A stretch of DNA of 64,000 bases from Thermoplasmata archaeon (GTDB lineage Archaea; Thermoplasmatota; Thermoplasmata; Lutacidiplasmatales; UBA184), in assembly GCA_035626215.1 (NCBI GenBank), contig DASPOD010000020.1, positions 5,899 to 69,898 on the forward strand. Reading direction: 5' to 3'. The position numbers and the translations under genes were made by a program. This document shows positions 26,825 through 34,740 of this stretch, piece by piece (the stretch's first letter is position 1; each line of letters starts with the position of its first letter). Under the pieces are notes generated by a model. That model made no database searches. It saw only the letters and a program-made list of their open reading frames with translations, and had not been told where the DNA came from.

Positions 26825-26982
26825 GCGGTACGACCGTCCCCGGGAAACCATGGCCTGTCGCGCTCCGCCCTCGAAAACCCTTTTAAGAGGGACTCACCTC
26901 GTCGAGTTGAATGCCTTGCTTTCCCTCGGAGGCGTAGACCTCCTTTGACCACCGGGACCTGACTCCTTTTCGGGCGAACCCC

Positions 26983-27519
26983 ATGGACGTCCTCGACGCA
27001 ATCCGCTCGTTCCGACCCTGCACGCAGTACCAGCCCCGGCCGGTGCCCCCGGAGAAGCTGAAGGCGGTGCTCGCCGCGGCCCGTCTCGCCCCGAGCCAAC
27101 AGAACCTCCAGCCCTGGCGTTTCGTCGTGGTCCAGGACGACGAACGAAAACGGCTCCTGGCCCAGGCATCGGCGCGGGGGAAGCTGATCGCGGAGGCCCC
27201 CGCGGTCATCGTGGCGTTCGCCGTCGAGGAGGACATTCCGATAACGGTCGGCGGCTACATCTCGGCCTACCCGCTCGACGTGGCCGTCGCGGTCGCCCAC
27301 CTCCAAATCGCGGCTACCGCCGAAGGCTTGGGCACGAACTGGATCATCGAGTTCAACGATGAGAAGGTCCGTGTCGTCCTGAACGTGCCGGAGGGGATTC
27401 ATCCGATCGCCGTCATTCCGATCGGTTACCCCGTGGAAGGGAACGGTTCCGCGAAGGCGAGCGGCGATGGCCGCAAGAGCCCGGACGAGATCATCGGCTA
27501 CAACGAGTACCCGGGATAG
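26983..27519 (+). CDS. Nitroreductase-family flavoprotein
   Basis: AARLAPSQQNLQPWRFVVV is the characteristic nitroreductase N-terminal motif. Confidence 0.85.
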   Translation: MDVLDAIRSFRPCTQYQPRPVPPEKLKAVLAAARLAPSQQNLQPWRFVVVQDDERKRLLAQASARGKLIAEAPAVIVAFAVEEDIPITVGGYISAYPLDVAVAVAHLQIAATAEGLGTNWIIEFNDEKVRVVLNVPEGIHPIAVIPIGYPVEGNGSAKASGDGRKSPDEIIGYNEYPG

Positions 27520-27520
27520 C

Positions 27521-28075
27521 GTGACCGACGTCACCTTCGTCAGCACCAATCCGGGGAAGTTCCGGGAGGTGCGCGGCCTCCTGGCCCCGTTCGGGGTGAA
27601 AGTTCGCTGGCGTCGACGAGTGCTCCCCGAGCCGCAGGCCGAGACCCTCGAGGAGGTGGTCGCCGCCAAGCTCGAGGCCGTTCGCGACATTTCGGGCTAT
27701 GTCCTCGTGGAGGATTCCGGGCTGTTCGTCCCCTCGCTCCACGGGTTCCCGGGGGTCTACTCCGCGCACTTTCTGAAGACCTGGAAGTTCGGCCCGCTCC
27801 TCGAACTCCTCGAACGACGGGACCGGAGCGCCGTGTTCCGCACGGTCGCCGGTCTCCAACGGGGGCGACGGCGCTGGACGTTCGTGGGCGAAGTGCCGGG
27901 GTCGATCGCTCCCCGACCGCGCGGTCACCAAGGGTTCGGCTACGACCCGATCTTCGTCCCGAAGGGCGAGCACAGAACGTTCGCGGAAATCCCGACCGAG
28001 CGCAAGAATCGCCTCTCGCATCGCGCCCGTGCGGTCCTACAAGTCGGCGAGCTACTGCGGAGTCGGGCTCGCTGA
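27521..28075 (+). CDS. rdgB: Non-canonical purine NTP pyrophosphatase (RdgB/HAM1 family)
   Basis: GTG at 27521. VTFVSTNPGKFREV, EDSGLFVPSLHGFPGVYS, GFGYDPIF and KNRLSHRARA. Confidence 0.85.
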   Translation: MTDVTFVSTNPGKFREVRGLLAPFGVKVRWRRRVLPEPQAETLEEVVAAKLEAVRDISGYVLVEDSGLFVPSLHGFPGVYSAHFLKTWKFGPLLELLERRDRSAVFRTVAGLQRGRRRWTFVGEVPGSIAPRPRGHQGFGYDPIFVPKGEHRTFAEIPTERKNRLSHRARAVLQVGELLRSRAR

Positions 28076-28124
28076 CGCGGAGTCCGGGACCACCCCGGGA
28101 TATCGGAGCCGAAGAACACTCGTC

Positions 28125-28160
28125 GGCCCCCGGTCGGTCCCGGGGGCCGGGAGAAAAGGT
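28125..28160. terminator. G+C hairpin plus short T-tract between convergent rdgB and the thermosome gene
   Basis: GGCCCCCGG (28125-28133) pairs with CCGGGGGCC (28140-28148) around a 6-nt loop. On the minus strand CCTTTTCTC follows, about 30 nt after the thermosome stop. Confidence 0.3.
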
Positions 28161-28186
28161 TAGGCCATTCGCCGCGGGGCGACCGT

Positions 28187-29857
28187 TCAGTCTTCCCCGA
28201 AATCGCCGCCGCCCATCCCGCCCATGCCGCCCATGCCACCGCCGCCGGGGCCACCGGGGCCGCCGCTCGGGGGCGGGTTCGACTTCGACGCGATGACGTC
28301 ATCGATCCGGAGGATCATGACCGCGGCATCGGTCGCGCTCTCGATCGCCTGGCGACCGACTCGGATCGGTTCGATCACATGCGCCTCGCCCATGTCGACC
28401 GGCTTACCCGTGGCGAGGTTGACACCGGCCCTCTGCTGGCCGCCCTTGTGCGCCTTGCGAAGCTCGATCAGCACGTCAATCGGGTCGAGTCCCGCGTTCT
28501 CGGCGAGGGTCCGAGGGACGGTCTCGAGCGAGTCGGCGAAGCTCTCGAAGGCGATCTGCTCGCGGCCGCCGATCTTCGCGGCGTGGTCGCGCAGGCGCAT
28601 GGCGAGCTCCTCCGCGGTCGCACCGCCGCCGTAGACGTACCGTCCGTCCTCGACCGCCACCGCCACCACGTTGAGCGCGTCGTCGAGCGAACGTTCGATC
28701 TCGTCGATCACGTGCTCGGTCCCACCGCGGATTAGCACCGAGACCGCCTTCGCCTTCTTGGCGCCGGTGACGAACGTGAGCGAGTCCTCCCCGATCTTGC
28801 GTTCCTCGACGAGTCCGGCGTGGCCGATGTCCTCGGAGGCGAGCTCGCTCACTTTCGAGACGATGTTCGCCCCGGTTGCCTTCGCGAGCTTCTCCATGTC
28901 GGATTTCTTGACTCGGCGCACGGCGTAGATGCCTTCCTTCGCGAGGAAGTGCTGAGCGAGGTCGTCGATCCCCTTCTGGCAGAGGACGACGGTCGCCCCG
29001 GATTTCTTCACCTGGTCGACCATCCGGCGGAGCATGTTCTCCTCTTCCTGGAGGAACGCGTTCAGCTGGGTCGGGTCGTTGATTTCGATCTTCGCGTCAA
29101 TCTCGGTTTTCTTGATCTCGAGCGCGGCATCGAGGAGGGCGATCTTCGGCGCCTCGACGCGCGTCGGCATGCCCGAGTGCACCTTCTCCTTGTCGACGAT
29201 TACCCCCTCGATGAGCTGGGTATCCGACATCGAGCCGCCCTGCTTCTTGATGAGCTGGATGTTGTCGAGGTCGACGTCGTAGCCACCCTCGCCCTTCGTC
29301 TGAGCGACCGCCGTGACGGCCTTGACGGCGATCTCGCCCATGTGCTCACGGTCGAACGATACCGACTTCGACGCCATGCTGGTGACGGCGATGCGCCTCA
29401 GGAGGTCCTGGTCGTTGATCGAAACGGGCTCGCTGACCTCGCGGAGGACCTCGAGCGCCTTCTGGGAAGCCAGCCGGAAGCCCTGAGAGATGATCGTCGG
29501 GTGGATGTTCTGCTCGATGAGCGTCTCGGCCCGCTTCAGCAGCTCGCCCGCGAGCACGACGGCGGTGGTCGTGCCGTCCCCGGCCTCTTGGTCCTGGGTC
29601 TTGGCGACCTCGACCAGCATCTTCGCGGCCGGGTGGTCGACGTCCATCTCCTTGAGGATCGTGACCCCGTCGTTCGTCACGACCACGTCCCCCATCGAAT
29701 CGACCAGCATCTTGTCGAGGCCCCGCGGCCCGAGCGTCGAGCGCACCGAGTCAGCGATCGCCTTCGCGGCCGCGATGTTGTTGTTAAGCGCGCCACGGCC
29801 CTTCTCGCGCTTCGTTCCTTCCTTCAGCACCAGGATTGGTGTTTGCCCCGTCAGCAT
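28187..29857 (-). CDS. ths: Thermosome subunit (group II chaperonin)
   Basis: 556 aa. [54 protein letters not shown] and a C-terminal [11 protein letters not shown] tail. GGAGGT lies 8 nt upstream of the ATG. Confidence 0.97.
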   Translation of the reverse strand: MLTGQTPILVLKEGTKREKGRGALNNNIAAAKAIADSVRSTLGPRGLDKMLVDSMGDVVVTNDGVTILKEMDVDHPAAKMLVEVAKTQDQEAGDGTTTAVVLAGELLKRAETLIEQNIHPTIISQGFRLASQKALEVLREVSEPVSINDQDLLRRIAVTSMASKSVSFDREHMGEIAVKAVTAVAQTKGEGGYDVDLDNIQLIKKQGGSMSDTQLIEGVIVDKEKVHSGMPTRVEAPKIALLDAALEIKKTEIDAKIEINDPTQLNAFLQEEENMLRRMVDQVKKSGATVVLCQKGIDDLAQHFLAKEGIYAVRRVKKSDMEKLAKATGANIVSKVSELASEDIGHAGLVEERKIGEDSLTFVTGAKKAKAVSVLIRGGTEHVIDEIERSLDDALNVVAVAVEDGRYVYGGGATAEELAMRLRDHAAKIGGREQIAFESFADSLETVPRTLAENAGLDPIDVLIELRKAHKGGQQRAGVNLATGKPVDMGEAHVIEPIRVGRQAIESATDAAVMILRIDDVIASKSNPPPSGGPGGPGGGGMGGMGGMGGGDFGED

Positions 29858-29911
29858 AGTTGGTACCTCCGAGTATCCTCTCGGCTGTCGGGTTTGGTAA
29901 AAAAGCGGTTC

Positions 29912-29920
29912 TATTTAAAA
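29912..29920 (-). promoter_or_regulatory. TATA box (minus strand TTTTAAATA) upstream of the thermosome gene
   Basis: Strongest A/T box in the 153-nt divergent region, about 59 nt upstream of the ATG. This is consistent with a ~30-nt leader carrying the Shine-Dalgarno sequence. It could alternatively serve the divergent MFS gene. Confidence 0.45.
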
Positions 29921-30010
29921 CAATCTACTGCCTTCGGAAGAGGAGGCCGCGTGCACTCGAAAGAGGAGCGCCGCTGTTAAGCGATTGACCCTACTCCCGC
30001 CCTCGACCCG

Positions 30011-31339
30011 ATGAGCGGCGTCAGCCCGGCTTCGCCAACGCCCTACACCCGACTCCTCCGGACGCCGGCGTACGCCCGAGTGTTCTCCGCGGGCCTCGGC
30101 TCGACCCTCGGCTCGGGGGTCTCGGCGGTCTGCCTCGTCTGGCTCGTCTTCGAGGCGACCGGCTCGCCGCTGGACGTCGCGTTCCTCGGCTCGGCATGGC
30201 TCGTCGCGGGAATCCTGTTCAGCGTGTTCGGTGGGACTCTGGTCGACCGGTACGACCGCCGGCGATTGATGATCGTCTCCGACCTGGCGCGGGCGCTTGC
30301 GATGGGCAGCGTCGTCGTGGTGCTCGAGGTCCATGGGTTCAACCTGCTCACCGTCCTCGGGGCTTACTTCGTCGTCGGTGCCTTCACGACGGTGTTCAAC
30401 CCCGCCGAACAGGCGATCGTGCCGGCCCTCGTGGAGGGGTCGCTCGTCGCGGACGCAAACGGGCTGGTCCGCTCGAGCCGCTCGGCCGCGCAGTTCGTGG
30501 GAACGTCGATCGGGGGAGCCCTGATCGTGACCCTGGGCGCGGTCGCGGGGGTGGCCGCCAACGTCGCTACGTTCGCCCTCTCGGCGCTGCTCTTGTTCGG
30601 TATGTCGGTCCCACCGCAGCCGGCGTTGAAGCGCGCGAGTCGGCCGAGCTACCTCGCGGACGTGCGGGAGGGGTTCCGTTGGCTCGGCAATGCGACCGGG
30701 TTCCTCGAGCTCACGATCTCCGCGACGTTCTTCAACTTCTGCCTGAGCGTCGTAAGCACCTTCATCGTCGTCTTCGTCACGATCCTGCTCCACGGCTCGG
30801 CGCTGGTCTTTGCGCTCTTGCTCGCGCTCGAGGTTGGGGGCACCGGCCTAGGTTCCCTGCTCGTCAGTCGTACGGGCGGGGTGCGCCTCGCGGGTCGTTC
30901 GTGGACGATCGGAGCCGGCGCCGCGTCGGGCGCGGCGGGGGTGGGGCTCGCCCTCTTCCCGTCGGTCCCGGTGGCGGCGGTCTGCCTGTTCTTGATCGGC
31001 CTATTCGGAGGATATGCGGGCACGGCGTGGCTGACCGCGGCCCAGTTGCTCGTGCCGACCGAGATGCAGGGCCGGTACTTCGGCATCGATGCGCTTGGGT
31101 CAATCGCGATCATCCCGGCCGCCCAGATTGGCGGCGCCCTCCTCATCGAAGCGTACGGGATTCAGCCGACCTACCTCTGGGTCGCCGTGCTCTGGGTGGT
31201 CGCCGGAGTGGTGTTCCTGTTTCCCCGAGCCCTCGCTGAGCTCGGGTATCCGCCCCGGCGAGCTCGGCAGGTCACTCCCCAAAGCGGCGGCGCCGCAGCT
31301 GGAACGAGCGAATCGCCCGGAGGAAGTCGAGCCGGGTGA
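30011..31339 (+). CDS. MFS transporter
   Basis: 442 aa with about 12 TM segments. GGTLVDRYDRRRLM is an MFS loop 2-3-like motif. Confidence 0.85.
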   Translation: MSGVSPASPTPYTRLLRTPAYARVFSAGLGSTLGSGVSAVCLVWLVFEATGSPLDVAFLGSAWLVAGILFSVFGGTLVDRYDRRRLMIVSDLARALAMGSVVVVLEVHGFNLLTVLGAYFVVGAFTTVFNPAEQAIVPALVEGSLVADANGLVRSSRSAAQFVGTSIGGALIVTLGAVAGVAANVATFALSALLLFGMSVPPQPALKRASRPSYLADVREGFRWLGNATGFLELTISATFFNFCLSVVSTFIVVFVTILLHGSALVFALLLALEVGGTGLGSLLVSRTGGVRLAGRSWTIGAGAASGAAGVGLALFPSVPVAAVCLFLIGLFGGYAGTAWLTAAQLLVPTEMQGRYFGIDALGSIAIIPAAQIGGALLIEAYGIQPTYLWVAVLWVVAGVVFLFPRALAELGYPPRRARQVTPQSGGAAAGTSESPGGSRAG

Positions 31340-32105
31340 GTCCGGGCCACAGCACGTCCGAGAAGTAGAGCTCGCTGTAGGCGGCCTGCCACAGGAGGAA
31401 GTTCGAGATCCGCTCTTCCCCGCTCGTCCGGAAGATCAGGTCCGGGTCCGGCAGGTCCGCCGTATAGAGATGGCGGGAGACCGCCTGGGAATCGATTTCC
31501 TCCGGCGTGAGTCGCCCATCGCGGACCTCGCGAGCGAGGGCGCGGATCGCGTCGACAATCTCGTCCCGCCCTCCGTAGGCCAGTGCGACGTTGAAGCGGT
31601 ACCGCGAGTAGCCCTCGGTGGCCTTCTCGGCCTGATCGATCGCCGCTTGCACCCGGGGCGGGAGGAGCGAGCGATTGCCGATCACGCGCACGCGGATCTG
31701 GTGGCGGTGGACTCGCTCGTCGACCGCGATGTCCTTGAGGGCGTGTTCGTAGAGGTCCATGAGGGCCTCGAGCTCCTCGGGCGACCGGGAGAGGTTCTCG
31801 GTCGACAGGGCGTAGATGGTGAGGATGTTGATCCCAACGTCGAGGCACCAATCGAGGAGCAGTTCCGCGGTGTCGCGGCCCTTGGCGTGACCTTTCGCGA
31901 TGTCGAGGCCCTGGGCCGCGGCGAACCGCCGGTTCCCGTCCATGATGATCGCGAGGTGGTTGGGGACCGGAGATGACTTTACGAGCTCGAGGAGGCGGCG
32001 TTCGGTCAGGTCCCGCAGAGCGTCGCCGACGGCGTGGGACAAGTACGGCGACCCGCGCCTCCGGGGCGACGATTCCGCGTCCGCCACGAAAGCACCAGAC
32101 CGCAA
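31272..32105 (-). CDS. uppS: cis-Prenyltransferase (undecaprenyl-diphosphate synthase family)
   Basis: HLAIIMDGNRRFA and RTSGEERISNFLLWQAAYSELYF. The track start at 32105 is a TTG. The GTG at 32087 is a plausible true start, with an A/T box at about 32113-32121. Confidence 0.9.
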   Translation of the reverse strand: MRSGAFVADAESSPRRRGSPYLSHAVGDALRDLTERRLLELVKSSPVPNHLAIIMDGNRRFAAAQGLDIAKGHAKGRDTAELLLDWCLDVGINILTIYALSTENLSRSPEELEALMDLYEHALKDIAVDERVHRHQIRVRVIGNRSLLPPRVQAAIDQAEKATEGYSRYRFNVALAYGGRDEIVDAIRALAREVRDGRLTPEEIDSQAVSRHLYTADLPDPDLIFRTSGEERISNFLLWQAAYSELYFSDVLWPGLTRLDFLRAIRSFQLRRRRFGE

Positions 32106-32146
32106 CCGAGGATAAGATGAGGGGGCCGCGAGGAGTCGAAGCGATG

Positions 32147-32173
32147 GCCCCGGGCCCGTGGTCGGCCCGGGGC
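32147..32173. other. Perfect 10-bp G+C hairpin between tRNA-Asp and uppS
   Basis: GCCCCGGGCC (32147-32156) pairs with GGCCCGGGGC (32164-32173) around a 7-nt loop. It begins 7 nt past the tRNA 3' end on the minus strand. Confidence 0.5.
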
Positions 32174-32179
32174 GGGGAG

Positions 32180-32285
32180 CGCCCTGGTCGGGAGTTCCGG
32201 TCCGGGGGCGGAGGCCCTCCGGCCCATTCGAACCCGAGTCGCAGGCTCGACAGACCTACATCCTAGACCACTAGACTACCAGGGC
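32180..32285 (-). tRNA. tRNA-Asp (anticodon GUC) interrupted by a 33-nt intron in the T-loop region (position about 59/60 or 60/61)
   Basis: Hand-folded minus-strand sequence: GCCCTGG TA GTCT AGTGGTCTA GGAT G TAGGT CTGTCGA GCCTG CGAC TCGGG TTCGAAT [GGGCCGGAGGGCCTCCGCCCCCGGACCGGAACT] CCCGA CCAGGGC G. The acceptor stem has 7 bp. U8, A14, GG18/19, U33, T54-psi55-C56 and G73 are all in place. No encoded CCA. Confidence 0.8.
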
Positions 32286-32531
32286 AACCCCGAGGCGCTA
32301 ATCGTTCCCCGCTATGAATGTTACTCGCGCGCGGCTCCTCCGAACCCGCGGGCAGGGCCGGAGCGCACCGGAGGTCCGGAACGCCCCGGCTCGCGCCCGC
32401 CCGGGCGGGCGTGCGCGCGCGCGTTCGACCGGCGGTACCGGCGGCCGGCTCGCAACCTATCTTGCCAGTCGAAGCCTCGATTTATGTAGCGTCGACCCCC
32501 GTCAATAGTTTCTACCGACGGGAGCGCGAAC

Positions 32532-32684
32532 ATGACCGCGACGACGAGCTGGACAGTCTCGATTTTGGGAGTTTTGTGCCTGGTGCTGTTCCTGAACCAC
32601 CTCGGGTACAACGTGACGGCGGACCTCGGAACCCTCCTTCGCGGCACCGAGCATCTGCTGGCGCAGCCTTTGAGCACGTGGTAG
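32532..32684 (+). CDS. Possible 50-aa single-TM micro-protein (below the ORF-track length cutoff)
   Basis: My translation reads MTATTSWTVSILGVLCLVLFLNHLGYNVTADLGTLLRGTEHLLAQPLSTW. A TTTATGTA box at about 32491-32498 lies 35-40 nt upstream. Confidence 0.3.
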   Translation: MTATTSWTVSILGVLCLVLFLNHLGYNVTADLGTLLRGTEHLLAQPLSTW

Positions 32685-32715
32685 ACGCCGCGTCGGGGAC
32701 CGCCCGGGGTCGCGG

Positions 32716-33708
32716 CTAGTCCTTCGGGCGCCGGTCGAGCACCTTCGCGAGGCTCCGCGGGCGTACCACGCCCGCCGGCGTGACAAAGGCGGTCACGTAA
32801 TTCGCGGGGGTCACATCGAACGCGGGGTTACGTGCGCGGCTCGTCCTCGGGGCGATCCGATGCCCCTCGGCTCCGAGCACTTCCTCTTCGCCCCGCTCCT
32901 CGACCGGGATCGTGCGGCCGCTCGCCCGCCGGTCATCGAACGTGCTCCAAGGCGCCGCTACGTAGAAGGGGATGCCGTTCTCGTGCGCGACCACGGCCTT
33001 CTCGTACGTGCCGATCTTGTTCGCAAAGTCCCCGTTCCGCGCGATCCGGTCCGCGCCGACGATCACGGCGTCGACCTCGCCACGACGCATGAACGCGCCG
33101 GCCGCGTTATCCACGATCACCGCGTGAGGAATGTGCTCCCGCGCGAGCTCCCACGCCGTGAGACGGGCTCCCTGGAGGAGCGGCCGGGTTTCGTCGACCC
33201 AAACGAAGAGGTGGGCACCTCGTTCCCGGGCGACCCGGATCGGGGCGAGCGCGGTGCCCCACTCCACCGTGGCGAGCGCCCCCGCGTTACAGTGCGTGAG
33301 CACGCGATGGGACCGCGCGAGAAGCGGTGCCCCCGCGAGGCCGATGCGGTGGCACTCTTCGACCACTTTCTCTCGATATCGGTCCGCCGCGGCGACCGGG
33401 TCCTCCCCCGCGACCCAGGCGGACTTCACCGTTTCGAGTCCGACCACGAGGTCGTGCGCCGTGGGACGGGTCTCGCGCAGCATCCTCGCGGCCCGGGCCG
33501 GAGCAATCGACCCCTCCCGGTACGCGAGCACCATCCCGTACGCCGCGCTGACGCCAATCGCCGGGGCGCCGCGCACAACCATCGTCCGGATCGCGCTCGC
33601 GACGTCCCGAACATGTCGGAGTCGGCGGACCACGGTCCTCTGCGGGAGTTCCCGCTGGTCGATCAAATGGAGCGTGCCGTTACGGTACCAGAGCGCACGC
33701 ACCCGCAT
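32716..33708 (-). CDS. mtnA: Methylthioribose-1-phosphate isomerase / eIF-2B alpha-beta-delta family (MtnA-like)
   Basis: LHLIDQRELPQ and IRTMVVRGAPAIGVSAAYG, typical of the MtnA/aIF-2BI subgroup. Confidence 0.85.
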   Translation of the reverse strand: MRVRALWYRNGTLHLIDQRELPQRTVVRRLRHVRDVASAIRTMVVRGAPAIGVSAAYGMVLAYREGSIAPARAARMLRETRPTAHDLVVGLETVKSAWVAGEDPVAAADRYREKVVEECHRIGLAGAPLLARSHRVLTHCNAGALATVEWGTALAPIRVARERGAHLFVWVDETRPLLQGARLTAWELAREHIPHAVIVDNAAGAFMRRGEVDAVIVGADRIARNGDFANKIGTYEKAVVAHENGIPFYVAAPWSTFDDRRASGRTIPVEERGEEEVLGAEGHRIAPRTSRARNPAFDVTPANYVTAFVTPAGVVRPRSLAKVLDRRPKD

Positions 33709-33717
33709 CGGGTTCCT

Positions 33718-34740
33718 CTACGCGTCGAACGTGTGAACCAGGTCGAGCCAGTCGGCGGTCACCGTCTTCGGGTGTCCCAGTGCCTCATCGAGAGGAATCC
33801 CGACCACGGCGGGTCCTCGGAGGACCGCTACCTCGCCGAACCGCCCTGCAAGGGCCAGGTCGACCGCACACGCGCCGAGTCGGGTCGCGAGAATCCGGTC
33901 GAACAGCTCCGGCGCACCGCCCCGCTGGATGTGCCCGATCTGGGCGCTACGGGTCTCGACACCGGTCGCCTCCTGAATCCTTCGGGCGAGCTCCGCGCCG
34001 ACCTCGCGCTCGCGCAAGAGCTCGTGCCCGAACTCGTCCTTCGCCCCGGCGCTCCCCCGGCGGGCGCCGAGGTCGATCCCTTCGCTCGCGACCACGAGCG
34101 CGTAACCGCGGGCGCCAAGGGCGGCCCGGACCCGCGTCATCAGCGCGGCCTCGTCGTACGGCTCCTCCGGCACGAGCGTCGCGTCCGCCCCGCCCGCGAG
34201 TCCGGTCGCGAGGGCGACCCATCCGGTATGGCGGCCCATCACTTCGAGAACGATCGCGCGGTGATGGCTATTCGCGGTGTCCCGCAGCCGCTCGAGCGCG
34301 TCGACCGCCACCGCGGTGGCCGAATGGAAACCGAACGTCCAGTCGGTGCCGGCCACGTCGTTGTCCATCGTTTTCGGCACGCCCACCACGCGGCGCCCGC
34401 GCCGGTGGAGCTCCCGCGCGGCGGAAAGAGTGTCGTCCCCCCCGATCGCGACGAGCACGTCGATCCCCCGGCGCTCGAGGGTGGCGAGCACCTTGGTGGC
34501 GTCCTCCTCCTTCGCGAACGGGTTGGTCCGGGAGCTGCCGAGAATCGTCCCGCCCTTCGCAAGGATATCCGTGACGTCCGCGACCGTGAGCGGTCGGCTC
34601 GCGTCGTCCCGGACCCCCTTCCAACCGTCGAGGAACCCGACCGTCTCGTGACCGAACTTCGCGGCTCGACGGACGACCGCCCGGATCGCCGGATTGAGAC
34701 CGGGGCAGTCGCCGCCGCCCGTCAGGACGCCGAACTTCAC
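33718..34740 (-). CDS. pfp: PfkA-family 6-phosphofructokinase with PPi-dependent signature residues
   Basis: GTG start at 34740 (GTGA overlap with the pepQ stop). VKFGVLTGGGDCPGLNPAIR; IGGDDT (Asp where ATP-PFKs have Gly104); VPKTMDND (Lys where ATP-PFKs have Gly124); GHIQRGG. Confidence 0.85.
   Translation of the reverse strand: MKFGVLTGGGDCPGLNPAIRAVVRRAAKFGHETVGFLDGWKGVRDDASRPLTVADVTDILAKGGTILGSSRTNPFAKEEDATKVLATLERRGIDVLVAIGGDDTLSAARELHRRGRRVVGVPKTMDNDVAGTDWTFGFHSATAVAVDALERLRDTANSHHRAIVLEVMGRHTGWVALATGLAGGADATLVPEEPYDEAALMTRVRAALGARGYALVVASEGIDLGARRGSAGAKDEFGHELLREREVGAELARRIQEATGVETRSAQIGHIQRGGAPELFDRILATRLGACAVDLALAGRFGEVAVLRGPAVVGIPLDEALGHPKTVTADWLDLVHTFDA

Noticed and set aside
32330-32470. 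G+C-rich block considered as SRP (7S) RNA or RNase P RNA because of a GGTCCGGAA string.
   Set aside because: The flanking conserved SRP helix-8 sequence (GGAAGCAGC-type) and other universal elements are absent. The block is too short for RNase P RNA. It is left as unassigned.
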